Below the pieces are notes generated by a model. The model saw nothing but the letters and a program-made list of their open reading frames with translations, was not told the origin of the DNA and searched no databases. Position numbers and translations under genes: made by a program. A stretch of DNA of 64,000 bases from Camelus dromedarius (taxonomy: Eukaryota): positions 64,668,001 through 64,732,000 of the forward strand of contig NC_087436.1 in the NCBI RefSeq assembly GCF_036321535.1, given 5' to 3'. Each line of letters starts with the position of its first letter. The first letter of the stretch is position 1. Positions 13,461-27,330 of this stretch are shown piece after piece.

Positions 13461-14266
13461 CTTACTCTCCTTCACCTTAAAGCCTGGATTAATTGTTTCA
13501 GCATTGGCATAGAAAACAGGGCACAAACCACACAAAATTTTAGGGTAGTTAATGTGAAACAGAGGAAATACAGGAAGTTTTGAGAAAGCCTGCAGGTAGC
13601 CAAGAACAGCAGGTGCGGCCATATGGCAATTGAATTAGAAAAGGGATTCTTGCCACACTACCTTCCAGAAGATAGTTAAGCCCAGGCAGCTCTCACAGAG
13701 GGAAAATTCATGCCGTACATGCTAAGTGTTTCATATTGCCTCTTTCACTGTTCAGTTCCTCAGGGAATTTAAATCTATTGTACCAAATGCTATTGAAGAA
13801 TTTTCTTAAAGAATAAGAAATAATAACTTCTAAAGTAATTTCACTTCCACATTTAGAGAGCACTATGCCAAAAGCACATTTATTTCCAAATAAAACATTT
13901 GCTAAGCAGAGACCATTTTCAAAAAGTATAAAACTTTCGTAAGACTAAAATTTAATGATATTATTTTAACAACACATTTGGTGAGATTATGTAAAATTTT
14001 TAAATTCCCTGCTTAATCCAAGACATTCTGTAATATTGTAATTAAAGTTATTTATATAAGAAGTTCTTAGCCTGTAGAATAAGTTTGCAGAAATTCTTGA
14101 AATACATTTTCCTTTGAAAAGAATTTGTTGAAAATGTGTTTTGGTTCTAAGACTAGCTCTCAGAAATTTGAGCTACAAAAGAACAGGGGCTGTACTATTA
14201 ACAGTCATGTTAAATGTATCTTTAATATTGTATCTTGATGCCAGAACTTCAGCAACACTCTTGGAC

Positions 14267-14303
14267 TGTGTGTTTGTGTGTTTGTGTGTGTGTGTGTGTG
14301 TGT
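14267..14303. repeat. (TG)n microsatellite
   Basis: tgtgtgtttgtgtgtttgtgtgtgtgtgtgtgtgtgt. Confidence 0.9.
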
Positions 14304-14699
14304 ACACTTGTGCATACTTTAATCTGAGAGAATGTCCATGTTCTCTGGTTTGTATCTGCTTATTGGCAACACGATACTCATTTTTCATAACTGAGTTTTT
14401 TGAACAACAGCACAACCAAAAAATAACTAATTACTCAAAGAAACTAATGGCTAATAGTTTAAGTATTGATTGCTTCCTAATAACATTTTTTTAAATAGGA
14501 TTATTATGTTTATTTTGAATAAAGAGAAATTATCTATGTAAAAAATACAAACTTGTAGCCAGTTTCTTATTGGAGTACAAATATTATGCTTCAATTGAAA
14601 TTAGTTTACATATATTAAACTTAATAGAAGAAGAGCAGATTTTCGTGTTTTGAAATTGATTTGGGGGGAGTTTGGGGTTTTATTTACCTAAAAATCTAG

Positions 14700-15200
14700 C
14701 TTTTTTATCTTTTTTAAAAACTTAAGTTACAGAAAAATTTAAAAAACATAATAGACATCACTGTTTCTATCACTCAAATATTGTAACTATTAGTATTTTT
14801 GCACATTGCTTTCAATAATTATTAAAATAAAACATATAGCTGAAGCCCCTTTTGTCCACTTCTAGTCCTCTCTGCTCTCATATGAGAGGGAATCACTAAC
14901 ATGAGTTTGATGATATTTTCCATTTCACTAAAAAAATTACATACACATATGTATCTGTCCAAAATATGAGTATTATAGTATATATCTATATATAGTAGTT
15001 CTAAGATAGGTATAGTTTTTGTCATTTTACTTTTTCACAAGACTTTGCGATTGTGATCTATCCTATTACCGTATAAGGATCTACTTCCTCCTTCTTAACT
15101 ATTTGGTAACATTTCATCTGATGAAAAGGAAACATTTTATTTATTTATTCCTGTATCAATTGACATTTATAAAGTTATTTCTGGCATTCTGTCATTGCTG
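14700..15200 (-). mobile_element. Old L1 (L1ME-like) 3' fragment
   Basis: T-rich start then reverse L1 3'UTR-like motifs (gagggaatcactaacatgagtttgatg...tttatttattcctgtatcaattgacattt). Confidence 0.45.
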
Positions 15201-16126
15201 AGGTGTAAGTAATAGTTACATAATAATCACAGAAATATTTACGTACTTTAGATTTGCAGTTTTAGATCACTTAACAAGCCAGTCTTGACCGTTTTCCACT
15301 GGAGATGTTTTCTCTTTTAATTATGCTGCAAGTATAGCCAAATGGCAAATAATTCAAAATTTGGTTTTTAACATCAAATGTAATTTGTTCAAAATTTACA
15401 TTAATCTTTCTCATAACTAGTCACTTCCATTTTGTCTTCCTGTCATCCTGAAGAATGAAAATGTAATTTCCCAGAGGCTTTAAGAATTGGGGGAGTATTA
15501 AATGTAACTGAAATTAAGTGATTAATAATTTACTTTTGGGTCATGAATCAACTTCATGGGATGCTAAGGATCATTTGCAACCCCAGAAGCACTAGCAGTA
15601 ACAATGCACATTTTAAGACTCAAGAACTCTCAAAGGTTGGCTGCCCAACCTAATTAAACTTCAGTCTTCTGATACCAAATTTATTTCTTCTTTGTACTGA
15701 ATTTACTCAGATCTTCTTGTCAGGAAAATGTCACTTTACCTGACAGCTGAAAGACAGGTTATGTAGCACCATAATTGGAGAGAAAATGATAGCTTAAAGC
15801 TACTCGATTTAATGGCTGTGTGTACAGCTTTTTCTTTCTTTTTCTTTTTTTTTTTTAGGTTTCTATGATGGACACAAAAGGCCTTAGCAAATAGGCCCAG
15901 TGCCATTTTTTTCCTACTTCCTCCAGGAGTAATTATCTTACTCTATCAATAGTGCTGTCAGAAATTGGGCACATAACTCAGCATTTAAATGAACAAGCAA
16001 TGTAATATTTCCTGTCTCCCAGTGGAATGCTTTGCAGCTCACATTCTTCTCTGTCACTCGCTCACTCTTGATGTATGTCCCATATCCAGTCCTTGAATGC
16101 CTTCTCTCCCCTGTGTTTCATTGCAG

Positions 16127-16193
16127 ATGTTGGCTCCGACTTGACACCTACTTCATTTGGAGTTTTATAGGACCAGCGACCTTGATAATTATG
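16127..16193 (+). CDS. ADGRL3: ADGRL3 coding exon: ECL2 and start of TM5 ([23 protein letters not shown])
   Basis: Acceptor tgtttcattgcag|, donor atg|gtaaga; 67 nt, phase 2-0; conserved CWL...SFIGP motif. Confidence 0.96.
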
Positions 16194-16845
16194 GTAAGAA
16201 CTCCTAATTAACTATGTGTTTCCCAGGTCAAGAAGTAAAACTTTCACTATCCCTATGCTGACTATCTTTAATTTTCATAGATTAATTTGGGGAAAGCATG
16301 TACTCACTTGACCCTATGTAACTCAAGCAATTAGATACTCATTATAGTCTACTTTTGTGTTGTAAAATATTTAATCAAAACCCTTGGGAGAAGAAAACAT
16401 GCATTTGCAAGAGTTTATGCAGTACTATGCTCCTCAGGAGCCCGATCCAGCATAATCCATTTGGTTTTATAGGTTTTTAACAGTGATGACTTTGTTTGAC
16501 AACAGTGCATTTCCCTTCTTTTTCATTTGGATAATTTAAAATATGAATAGAATCATAAATTGGAAATGTGGCAAAATACCGTTTTGTTCTATCCAGTTTT
16601 GTTTTCATATAAATCTCAAAAAGTTTAAAATTTAAGAGGTTTTCACTTGAGAATGGCACAACTAGGTTAGGAAAACATTCTGAAATCATACTCCTTTTTT
16701 AAAAAATGCATAGTATCTTGATTTCAAATATGAATTATTTATCCTAATTTAGATACTATTGTTGATATCATTTACACACTTATTTTAAAGTACAAAAGTG
16801 CTGTCCATTTTTTTGAATAAATCAACACTGATTTTATATACAATA

Positions 16846-17150
16846 TAGATCTATAATTCATTATCTGAAATCCTTTAGGCCAGGTATATTCTGGAATTCA
16901 GAAATTGTTCAGACTTCAGAAAAGTAGTTAAGGTATGTGTACTGCATATCACATAATACCCCTAGTGGAAAATTAGCAGGTGCCCAAAATCAAACACATC
17001 AGCCAATACTCACAGTAGGGGCTAACCAGGACTCTGACACCAAACACGGTAATAATTTGGAAGAAAAAAATTGAAAAAGTAAGAGCAAATAGAATAAAGA
17101 TATGAAGAGCTTTGCATTAGCCCAAATCCAGTTTTCCCACCATATAGGTT
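16846..17150. mobile_element. MER46C-like (TcMar-Tigger) DNA transposon
   Basis: ttatctgaaatcctttaggccagg...ggaattcagaaattgttcagacttcagaaaag...aatcaaacacat matches recalled MER46C consensus. Confidence 0.6.
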
Positions 17151-18627
17151 TCAGTTGAGTTTAGTCTTTTTGGCCATTCAGTGAATTTTTCAAAACTTTC
17201 ACTTTTCCATCTGATTTTTGGTCAAAAAGATTGACCAGATTACCTAAAAAAATGACTCTCCTGCAACTCAAAGAATGTTACGATGGAGAAATTCTAATAT
17301 ATGAATAGTTAATTCCAGGACATCCATTCCCATGTGAATGTCTTTGATTTTGAGGTACTGAAATTTTGTGTGTGTCTCATGATTATCCTGTATAAGATCA
17401 GTGAGTTTTATCTTAGCCATAAATGGCCTGTCTGGATTCCACTCTGTTATGTGTGAATTTTCTTCTTGATGTACCAAACCAAGTTTGACTTACTTGTATT
17501 TCCTAACAGAGGGGCAGATGATTCAACAGTATGTCTCTGTGTTGATATTGGGTTTCTGAGCTACTTTATAATCTTGAGTTAAATCCTGCCCATTTTATGC
17601 TATATGCCTTCCTAGTGGAAACATCTTTTCTTTTCCCAAGTCTCTTTGGGGAAGTAGAGCCCCTTTTGTGTATCCTAATCGAATGTATTACCTGTTGTTT
17701 TCTGATTCATTGTCAGAGTGTTTGCTCCATCTTAACTCATATTATTAGTTATTGCTTCTCAGTCTAGGCCTTGGGAAAACTGAGGGCAAGAATTGGTTAT
17801 CCAAAGCAAATTGCAATGAAAAACTATGATATCTATCTAAATGTAAAAAAAAGGTCACTTTTGTGACTTATTGATTTGATTAAGGATTGTAGACCCATAT
17901 TCCTGACAGAACTTCAATGGGGCTTATAATTGGACTTTCCTAGTTCCCACCAATCCCAAATTCTGTAATATAGAAACACTTTAGGTAACAAGGCCAATTC
18001 AGTATGTGATTTTCTATACAGTTCACATATCTGTAATACATGGAATTTACACTGAACTTTTGTTTTGTTTTGTTTTAAATGATATGCTCTCTCTGGGTGC
18101 AGTGATATAACAGTGTCATTGGGGGTTCCCTCTACTTTAATCCTAGTTTGTTGTAGCATCAGAATTTAACAGTATTTTATAATCCCTTTGACATAACTAT
18201 TTAAAAATATATTGATTTTTATATTTATACTTTTGTAATGTAGTATTTGAAAACTATCCCTAAACAATAAATTAGGGACCATGTTCAGAGAGTAGAAATA
18301 GTAACACACCTGAACGAATTAGTTTTTTTTTTTTTTAACATATACTTTAGCTTTGCATTGTTTTGTAATTTCTACAGCATCTTTCCAAATGATGCTGATT
18401 TTTGTATTTGTGTGTATTTGGCATAACAGTACTTTGTAACTTATTAGTATCCCAAGTCCCCAAGTTTGGCCTTTTGTCTTCACTGAAATACTAGGCAACC
18501 ATATGTGATACAATTCCTTTATAAGTGCAGGAGAGCTAATTTCCCAGAACAAGTCATCTGTTGTAGAGAATACATTACTTTTTTTCTACTCCAGTTATGC
18601 TACATAACAGTACCTTTTACATTCCAG

Positions 18628-18719
18628 CTTAATGTAATCTTCCTTGGGATTGCTTTATATAAAATGTTTCACCACACTGCCATTCTGAAACCTGAATCGG
18701 GCTGTCTTGATAATATCAA
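18628..18719 (+). CDS. ADGRL3: ADGRL3 coding exon: TM5 end and ICL3 (LNVIFLGIALYKMFHHTAILKPESGCLDNI-)
   Basis: Acceptor ttttacattccag|, donor caa|gtaagt; 92 nt, phase 0-2; visible at end of ORF 18505..18723. Confidence 0.96.
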
Positions 18720-20574
18720 GTAAGTGATTTTTCTTTTCCTTCTCTTTAGTCTGCCTTTTATACACTGAACTGTCCCTACTTCTAATTATAGTGAAATCTT
18801 ATGACAAAATGGTAAAGATCAATGTGTTGTCTTTGCTGAATAAGATCATTTATTGACAACTAAAGTGACTTGATCTGCTTGAAAATAAATCTAATGAAGC
18901 TCTGTTTTCAAAGAAACTTTTTCCCCTTAAATTCTTATTTACAACATGATACTTTTTAAATTATTATTACATACACTTATTTATTTTGTCCTGGAAGCGC
19001 ATACGGAGTTTCTATATGTGGGCAGACTATTATTTCCTAGAGCAATGACCACATTCCTACTCAACACTCCATCTCCCCTTTCAGAGCAATGTGAAGAGAG
19101 CAAGACTGGGGCACCTGCAAGTACCAAAGGGGGATTTTACACCACAAAAGGGGAACCCCCAAATTATTGATCTGGGCGTTTGTAGAGGAGCTGTTACACA
19201 GCTGCCCTCCCCTCCTCCTGAGAGAGAAAGAGACAGCTCCTTAATGTAAACCCTATGGTATAGAAACATATACCATATGTGGTTCCAGGTTTTACCCCTT
19301 TGAAATCTTAACATTTACCTCTTAGAAAGTAAGCCCTTCAAAAGTTTCTAATTGTCTATTCAGTCATCTTTTAACTTCCAAGGTTTGTCCTTTAACCCAA
19401 ATCCCACTTCTCTATGGTCAAAAACCCAAGCCATGCAGAGATACGAAAATATATACATTTCTTTCCACACTAGTAATATTTCCTTTATACAAAAAGAAGC
19501 CAATTTATATTTTCTGAAAAGAAAAATTGTTCCTCAGTATAACCAAAAATTTGTCTTATTCCTTTAGAGGCTGTGACATTTGAGAAAAAATAATGTGGAT
19601 ATATTCTTTAGAGATAAATATATATTCTATATTAAGTAGCATTTGTATGTAATTTGCCTATGCTATGTGTTAATTTGGTTAAACGTTTTTAAATGAATTA
19701 CTTTTAGAAGTCTCATGAGGTCTCCTGTGACTTTCATGTGCTACTGACATTCTCCTTGAACTACCTCAGCTAGCAGCTACCTCACCCATTTTTCATCTTC
19801 CTACATTCAATGCCTGATGCAGCCTTGCCCATAGTAGGCCCTCAATGAATGTTTACAGAGTAAAGTAGTGACAAAAGTGTATTGCATTAAACGGTTAATT
19901 TTTGGTAAAGAATCATCTGTCTACATTAATTGAAAAGGTAGCTAAGGAATTAGAAAAGATAATAATACAATGGCACAAACTAGGAATTCTCTACTGTGAG
20001 TAACAGTCTTTTGGAATTCTTAATATTACTTGGCTGAGATAACAGTCATTACATTGTTGAATTATGTGCAACCTGACTGTCCTACAGTGTAGTATTAGTT
20101 CCTTGGACTATTTGTTCCTAATGAAGTTGAATTTGGATAAATTAAATAGGCACATAAGGTATAAATTCTTTTATCTTACCATACTTTTACTCACTTTAGT
20201 ATAAATTACCTCCTTGTACCTATTCCTATGTACTATAAAACAAAATGCAAATAAAATTTATCATCATTTTTCTTATGTTTTTAAAGTACAATCAGAAATA
20301 AGTGAATAATACTTTGATATTTATGTAACAGCTTTTACTAGATTAAAAATTTTAAAAAGGTCTTGTACATAGTACAGTCGCATATTTTAAAAGATAGAAT
20401 TGTCTCCTCGTTATTCATATGTATTTCTTCAGGTAATATGAGTTAAACGGATGTGATATTCCTATTTAGAAAAACAAACACGCAGAAGTCAGTAATTACA
20501 TTTAGTGATATTGATGGCACCAAGGTTTATAATACTAAGTGCCTCAAGCTTTATGTTACAAAGTAAAATAAAGC

Positions 20575-20705
20575 CTTAAATGAGACTATCTTGATTTGAA
20601 TTCTGTCTAAACTGCTTTATCATTTACAGCCTTTGGAAAGTTTACTTAACCTTGCTGAGCCTCCCTGTCCTCTTTAAAATGGGTTTAATAATGAAACATA
20701 CCCTA
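20575..20705 (+). mobile_element. MIR SINE fragment
   Basis: ttgaattctg...ctttggaaagtttacttaaccttgctgagcctc...taaaatggg. Confidence 0.6.
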
Positions 20706-21699
20706 CCATCAAAAGAGCAGGGGAATGCAAACAGCCTTTGATGATACCTTTTAAGGAAAAATCAGTGCGGTACAAGGACAGAAATTAGTTGTTAAAGAAC
20801 ATAGAGGGTGGTTTTAAGATGGAAGAAATGTGAATATGGATATGCTGATAGGTACGAAGCAGTAAAAGTATGGTGAGAAACAGAGGAAAGGGCATTATGT
20901 TATAGTCATGACCTGAAGATCCAGAATAGACGTAGAGCAATTCCAGTCCGTTAGACTTCATGAAGGACACTTTTCTACTGAGGTAACAGAGGCCAGGGAG
21001 GAAGATCCTTTTCCACTCAGAATGGATGAAATACATAACAGGTTTGAGGTGGATATTTGGTGGAACCAGGGTAGAGCAGTAAATTGAGGGATTTCTGCCT
21101 ACTCGCCTCTACAGTGTAGGAAAGATGATCACCTGCAGGATATAGGGGCATGTGGAAGAGAGACTATAAGAAAGAAATCTCGAGAAAATATTCCTTACAA
21201 CTTTCCAGAATCTGAAGGACACTTTATTTTCTTTAAATATGTTGACTGTTTAATAAGTGCTTGTGAAAAATTCACCAGGTCATAATTGATAAGGAAAGAA
21301 GACTTTAAGAAAGGTTTCAGCGAAACACAAAATCTAGCATCCTTTTTGTTTTTAACAAGAATAAAGATCTGTACAATATGTATTTTTAAGTGCTGTGGGT
21401 GATGTGAGAGTATTTATTTCAAAGGCATAAGCATCCCTTATTTGGAAAGTTTTTGTTTGTTTCTTTGTTTTTTAGTACAGGGGAGAAGGCATGAATATTA
21501 ATAGTGTTTTCTTGGTTTTTGTTTTTTTGTATTTTTATAAAGTAGTGAATAAGATGGGCCACCTTGCTCTGTTTATTGAGAAAATAACCGCACCATATAA
21601 GACCTTTTGGAAGTCAGAGTCTTTCTAAAACATTGTATTCATTCATTTATCAAATATTTATTACTTTTATCATACATGTTCTTTCACCTATAAATACCT

Positions 21700-22110
21700 C
21701 CTTTATCTAAAATGTGTTTGCTTCTCCCCATATTCGCTGCCATCACTTCCTTTCAAGCCACAATGAACCTCTGCAGAGCTGCTACAGTTGTCTCCTGACT
21801 CTCTCCCCTATACTGGTTCTTGCTCCTGCCTTCATCAGCTAGAGTGGTGTGCTGAGAAGTTCAGATCTAATCATGCAACTCTCTTGGGTAAAACTGCAGT
21901 GGTTTCGTGTTACTCTTACACCGAAGTCCCAGCCCCCTAACGTGGCTACCAAGCCTTCCTGATCTAGCTGGCCCTTTTTCCTTTAAGCGTCTTTTTAGGC
22001 CATGTGCTCCTCTGGCCGTTCTAGACGGCTCTCTTGTGCATCAGGTCTTGCCTACAGTTTCTCTGCAGACTTTCTTTTCCCTAACACTATGGCTGGCTGA
22101 CTTCAGTTTA
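21700..22110 (+). mobile_element. L2 LINE fragment
   Basis: Pyrimidine-rich L2-type motifs (cagctagagtgg...agatctaatcatgcaactctcttgggtaaaactgcagtgg...aagccttcctgatctagc). Confidence 0.55.
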
Positions 22111-22869
22111 CTCTAATGAATTTAATTATTATTTTTTAAATAATTTAATTATATTTTAATCCCAAGTTTACTTCATAGTCATCATAATAAACATATTTTG
22201 ATGTTAGTATAGAACATTCATCTGGTTGGCTCATTATTATATTAATGATATACTCTGGGAAAAATAATAGAGTAAATTACTGTACTTAACATGATTACAG
22301 AGGAAATGAGGCACTCTAAGTCTCAGATTCAACTAAAAAAGTAATTAAAATGTTTCTATTTGCTGTTTCCTCACATGTCCTTTGTCTTCTTTTCATCAAA
22401 ATAGGTAACTATTTGGAGGAAAAGAAATAATTCCAGTTATTTGAATTTTCTGATTAAATTTCAGACAAGTTGAAATTGGAGTTTACAGTAATCATAGCAA
22501 AAATCTAACCTAATTCTAAAAATACATATATAAATACAAAAAACAATTATTGAATTGTTATGTGCACAAATTAACATATAGTATTGCTGAAGTATTATGA
22601 CCTGTAAAACTAATTCTTGAGCAGCATTTAGAGCACTCTTGACATTTACTTTCAAAATAAAGATTGATCATTTCTGTAGTTGTCAACTACTTCTTCTATT
22701 ATTGAAAAGATATTTAACATCATCACAAGTACTTTGAAGAATAAAAATAAATAACAGAAGCTTTTAGGTCTAAGAAAGAAAGTTGGTGCCCATATGGAGA
22801 GACAAGGAATCTACTAGGCTTCCTTTTCCATAGTGCTATAGGGGAACAGCAACTCGTGTTTTACACAGT

Positions 22870-23045
22870 TTTGATTTGAATTTCAGTTCTGTCCTGTAAT
22901 GGTTATATGACCTTGCAAGTAACATCATGGCCTCCATCTCAGTATCCTTTCTGAATCGGGGATAATTGATTCTACTTTGTAGAGTTTTGCGATAATCAAA
23001 TATAATCATGTGTAAAGCATATAACACATAGTTTAGTGCCCATTC
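22870..23045 (+). mobile_element. MIR SINE
   Basis: tgaccttgcaagtaac...tctcagtatcctttctgaatcggggataat...atgtgtaaagcatataacacatag. Confidence 0.6.
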
Positions 23046-25469
23046 AGAATGGTTGGATTATTTTTAACCACTCTTTGTGGAAATATCCTGCTGCCTTCGT
23101 TTTTTGTGTTTTCCTTAGTGAAATTTGCTCAACCTCTTAACAAAATCCTATTTGTTTTTGGCTTTGTTTACCGTATGGTGTCATAAAGAACTTGCTTGAT
23201 ATGATCCTTTTTATTTTTTAAGCCAAATTTACTCTATTATGAGAGAATTGGCTCCAGGAGTGAAATGTTCATTTGATTAATAAATACCAAGTTTTGCAGT
23301 TAGTTCTAAAGGAAAATAAAAGAAGTGTCTCAGTGAACTTGGACACTTGCCATCCATAAAGAATCTAAGAAGGCTTCTGAATAGCTTCAGGGATGAATAG
23401 AAAAATGTTTTGCCTTACCAGTATCCATAATAACTTATTCTGTTTCTTAAGAAGGTAACTTTGATTTGGACTGCATTTCTAGACACTGGTAGAAACAGTT
23501 AAGTCAGAATTTCATTTAGCTTGACTAATATTACATTAGTACTTCATGGAGTGAAGGGAGTAGGGTTCTAAAAACTTGAAGGCAGAAAAGCAGAATGATA
23601 TAATCTTGAAAAATGCAATGACAGCATAAAAATATTTCAATGCCTTAATTTTTCTTCTTTATAATATATTAAGATGGAATAACATATGTGTACATATATA
23701 TAGCCTACTTTTCAAAAATGTTACTATTTTTATACCATAGTCAGAGCAATATCTTAAAAAAGAGTTTGATCCTCTATGAGAAGAGTAAATCTAGTTCTGA
23801 ATTATATTTAATAAAAATATTCACACACTTCGATGTTTTCTGGATGAGTTTTTTTGGAAAATATTTTTAGTACTTTCACATTCTTCGTAAAATATCAGTT
23901 AGTGATGTAAAAAGGCTGAAATATTGATTGGGCTTTTAAAAAAGAAGCTCAGTGTACTCTATATAGTTCATGCAGACTTTCTAAAAAAAACTCATTATTT
24001 CCATTCAATTGATTTTATTCACTTGTTTACCTTCTGTCACCAAAACTGCTAAATTCAAATGCAAGCTTCATAGATTTCTAATTATTTTACATTTTTATAG
24101 ATGCTGTGTTTAAAAACTGTCACCTCTTGTAAAAAGATTCATAGGCCAGCACACTATACTGAAGATGTATTTTTTCTGAATCTTTTTTATCAAATATATT
24201 TTTCAACATCCACATACACTATAACCACTTTAGTTCTTGAAAAGGTCAGAACCAGTCATTGATTTATTTTATTCATTGTAACAAGATAAAATAATTTCTA
24301 AGAAAATTCTGAAAGGAGTGTCATTTGTCTGATACCTCATTTCCCACACTCTTCCTCCATTTCCTTGGTCTGTGGGTAACATCACTGGAAATGTACCAAA
24401 ATATGGTCATTCATGATCCAGATGTGTCTGAAGAATTAGACGATCCAAACACTACTGTTTGAAGCCCTGGGTTTGTTATGACACCACTAGATTTACTTCA
24501 AACAAATTAAGACCTTCCTTAAGAACTAGTCAGTCCTTTGCTGATTAACTTAATTTCAAGATTTAAGAGCCTTTAGCAATCACTTCTTTGGAATATGAAT
24601 TTAGTTCACAAAACGGTGCATTCTGCAAATGTTGTTGCCAATCTTATTGTATCATGCATTTTATACAGTAGCTTTAAGTTTTCTGAAATGTTAAAAGGGT
24701 TAGTCTCTTTTTTCATGCTTTTTCTTTAAAATGCCTTCAAATCCCCATGTGATCGTTCCAGGAACCAGGTGTTTTATGCATCACTGTATTTGGCGTACTT
24801 CATACTCTGAAAGCTGACATTTGAGGAAAAAAAAAGTTTGAAGGATGACTGTCACGGGCACATTGGAACTGTTAAGCATTGTACCTTGAGATCAAATAAT
24901 TGTTTCACTTTTCTCTAAAATAATTAGGTTTATGTCAGATTTAGGAGAATCAATTGCAGCCTAAGGATGAGAAAACCTGAAAGACTACCTAAGGGAAAAA
25001 TAATTCTTCTTAATGATGAAAACATAAAAATTAGCAGCTTCTGTGTTCTTTATATGTGTGGCTTGAACTCAAATTTCCTTTGTATCCTATATGAAATTGC
25101 AGTCAGACTTTGGGAAACTTGGTAATCAGAATTTTTTTATAAAACTAACATTTCTGAAGTAGCTGTACACACAACAGCAGAATTAATCTAAAATAACTAG
25201 GCATAACAAGGCTATAGTTCTTTCCCCAGAATAGTTAAGAGCAAATAGCCACTTGAACTTTCATAAGAGAGGAAGAAATATGAGAATAATTGTAACTAAT
25301 ATTTGTTTTCCATATTATACACATATATTATTTAATTTTTAATGTGCAAACTTTCATTTTATCTTTATCCTTTAATCATTCATGAATTTACTCAATAAAT
25401 GAGAAGTGCTAAAATTTTGTATATGTTTTGAAGCTATTACAGAATTGCTCATTTAATTTAGGCTATAAG

Positions 25470-25700
25470 AGAAAGTACTGGAGTGTGATTCTAAGGTTTT
25501 TGGCTTGGGTACTGAGATATGGAACTGTAGAAAAAACACATTAGGGGTAGATCAGGAGATTATGTGTGTGGGGTCGGAGGTTCTTTTTTGACAGTATAAC
25601 TTTGAAAGATTTACTAACCATCACAGTGTAGATGTTGAGTAGGCAGTGAGAGTAATGAAAGCTGGAGATTTAAATTTAGCATCATCAGTATATAGATTTT
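25470..25700 (-). mobile_element. L2 LINE fragment
   Basis: tgattctaaggtttttggcttggg...gtagatgttgagtaggcagt...gctggagatttaaatttagcatcatcagtatatag. Confidence 0.6.
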
Positions 25701-25919
25701 ATTTTTGTATTTAGTGTTTCTCAGGTTTCATTTATTTTTTAATATATCTTTATTACTCTCTATAATGGTAAATGTTTTTTTATTTATGACAGTGACATAT
25801 TTCCTTTTAAAGCATTAAGCAAAGTGAGATGATTTGAAAAAAATAATAATATAAAGTAGTATACATATATGGCAAAAAATTGAGATAGTAATTTTCTAAC
25901 CAGACTGGTTTCTGTCACT

Positions 25920-26400
25920 GTATGTTTCTGGTAGGATAGCCCAGGCTATGAGTATCAAATGCTGACCAATATAGTGGCCTAAATCATAATGATATTGATG
26001 ATATACAGAAGTAAAATCCAGAGGTAGGTGGTTCCACAGTTGGTTTAATAGCTCAACAATGTTAGTAGACACCTAAACTCTTTCCATCTTTCATCATCCA
26101 CAGCTGTTGTCATTGACAGTGTCAATTTGTGGTCCAAAGATGGCTGCTTCAGCTCCCAGCATCATATCCTTTAGCAGTTGTGTTCCAAAAGGGAAAAGAA
26201 GAAAGAAAAGAGGGCTTTCCTTAGAGGTCTTCCCTCCCATGGTCAGGGTAGAAGATATTTCCCAGAAGCACCTTGCTTGCATCACATGTCTGATCACATG
26301 ACTACCTCTAAATACAAGGTAGTCTACGAAAACAGTGATCTGGCAAAGGGGACTAGCTCAGATTGCTGTGGGCAGGAACAGGCCAGTTTCAACATTTGCA
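25920..26400 (-). mobile_element. MLT1 (MaLR) LTR
   Basis: ggatagcccaggctatg...atagtggcctaaa...aagatggctgcttcagctcccagcatcatatcc...gatcacatgactacctcta. Confidence 0.6.
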
Positions 26401-26749
26401 GAGCTCAGAGCTAGAGTACAAAATGATAAATAAAACATATCATAACCTACTGCACTGACAGATATACCTTGAAAACCACCTGGAAGGCCAGAATTGAATT
26501 TAGAAACCTTAAGCTCCTTGGAGTTACATGCAGGATATGGCCCTTGGCTCACTACCCATCTTCCTTCTTCTCCTACCCTCACTTCTGTCCCATACCATAT
26601 GGGGCCTCACATACACTGTAGCCAGCACATCCTAGTTGTGTCTGTCCCTCCCACAAACAGCCACTCCTCAAATGTAGGAGTGTGGGTACTGAGGACAATC
26701 TTGGGAGAATGGGTCAGGGTAGATTTTATTTTAAATCCAAGAGACTGTG

Positions 26750-27330
26750 TAAAATAATAAAGAGATTGATGGTAGACACATAAAAGAAGAGAAACAGAGA
26801 CTGAAACTCTAGGTCACTCTAACTTTTGAGATCTTGGAAATGCAGTCTACAAAATTGATTTAGAAAGAACAGTGAGTGAGATAGGAAGAAAGCTGGAGAT
26901 CTTGGAAGCTAGGTGAATTAAGCATTTCAACTCAGTTGGGGACTTAGACTTGACGACAGGATTGAGCAACATGGAGGTTCTTATGCCTTTGACAAAAGCT
27001 ATTTTGGCAAAGTGATTGATGAAGCCTTTTTAAAGTGGGTTGAGGGGAGAATAGGAAGAGCAGGGTTAAAAACCACATGTAGAGACAATTCTTCTCAGGT
27101 CTTTTTCTATAAATAAGAGCTAAGAAATACAAGATCTGGAGAGAGATGTCGGGTCAAGGGCATTTGTTTTGTTTTGTTTTCCTGAGTGGTAAGTATTTAA
27201 ACATGAGATTACAGCTTCCTTTTAATCTGGTAAAAATGGACAATTAGTTGATACAGGCAAGAGAGGGGAAAGTTGTGTGGTTTCTACATTTGAGTAGGCA
27301 AGGGAGGATGGTATCTAGTGTACAAGTGAA
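26750..27330 (-). mobile_element. L2 LINE fragment
   Basis: ggattgagcaacatggaggttc...gtgggttgaggggagaataggaagag...gtagagacaattcttctc; probable continuation of the 25470 L2. Confidence 0.55.

Noticed and set aside
14141..14494. 117-aa and 80-aa ORFs with CVCV/THTH runs
   Set aside because: Produced by the (TG)n microsatellite
15830..15860. Poly-T tract ending in tag|gtttct as an acceptor or retro-insertion
   Set aside because: No convincing donor, frame or TSD; similar poly-T runs near 33165 and 34430 also lack TSDs
26094..26757. Cluster of overlapping ORFs on both strands
   Set aside because: Largely overlaps a decayed MLT1 LTR in a higher-GC stretch; no recognisable protein
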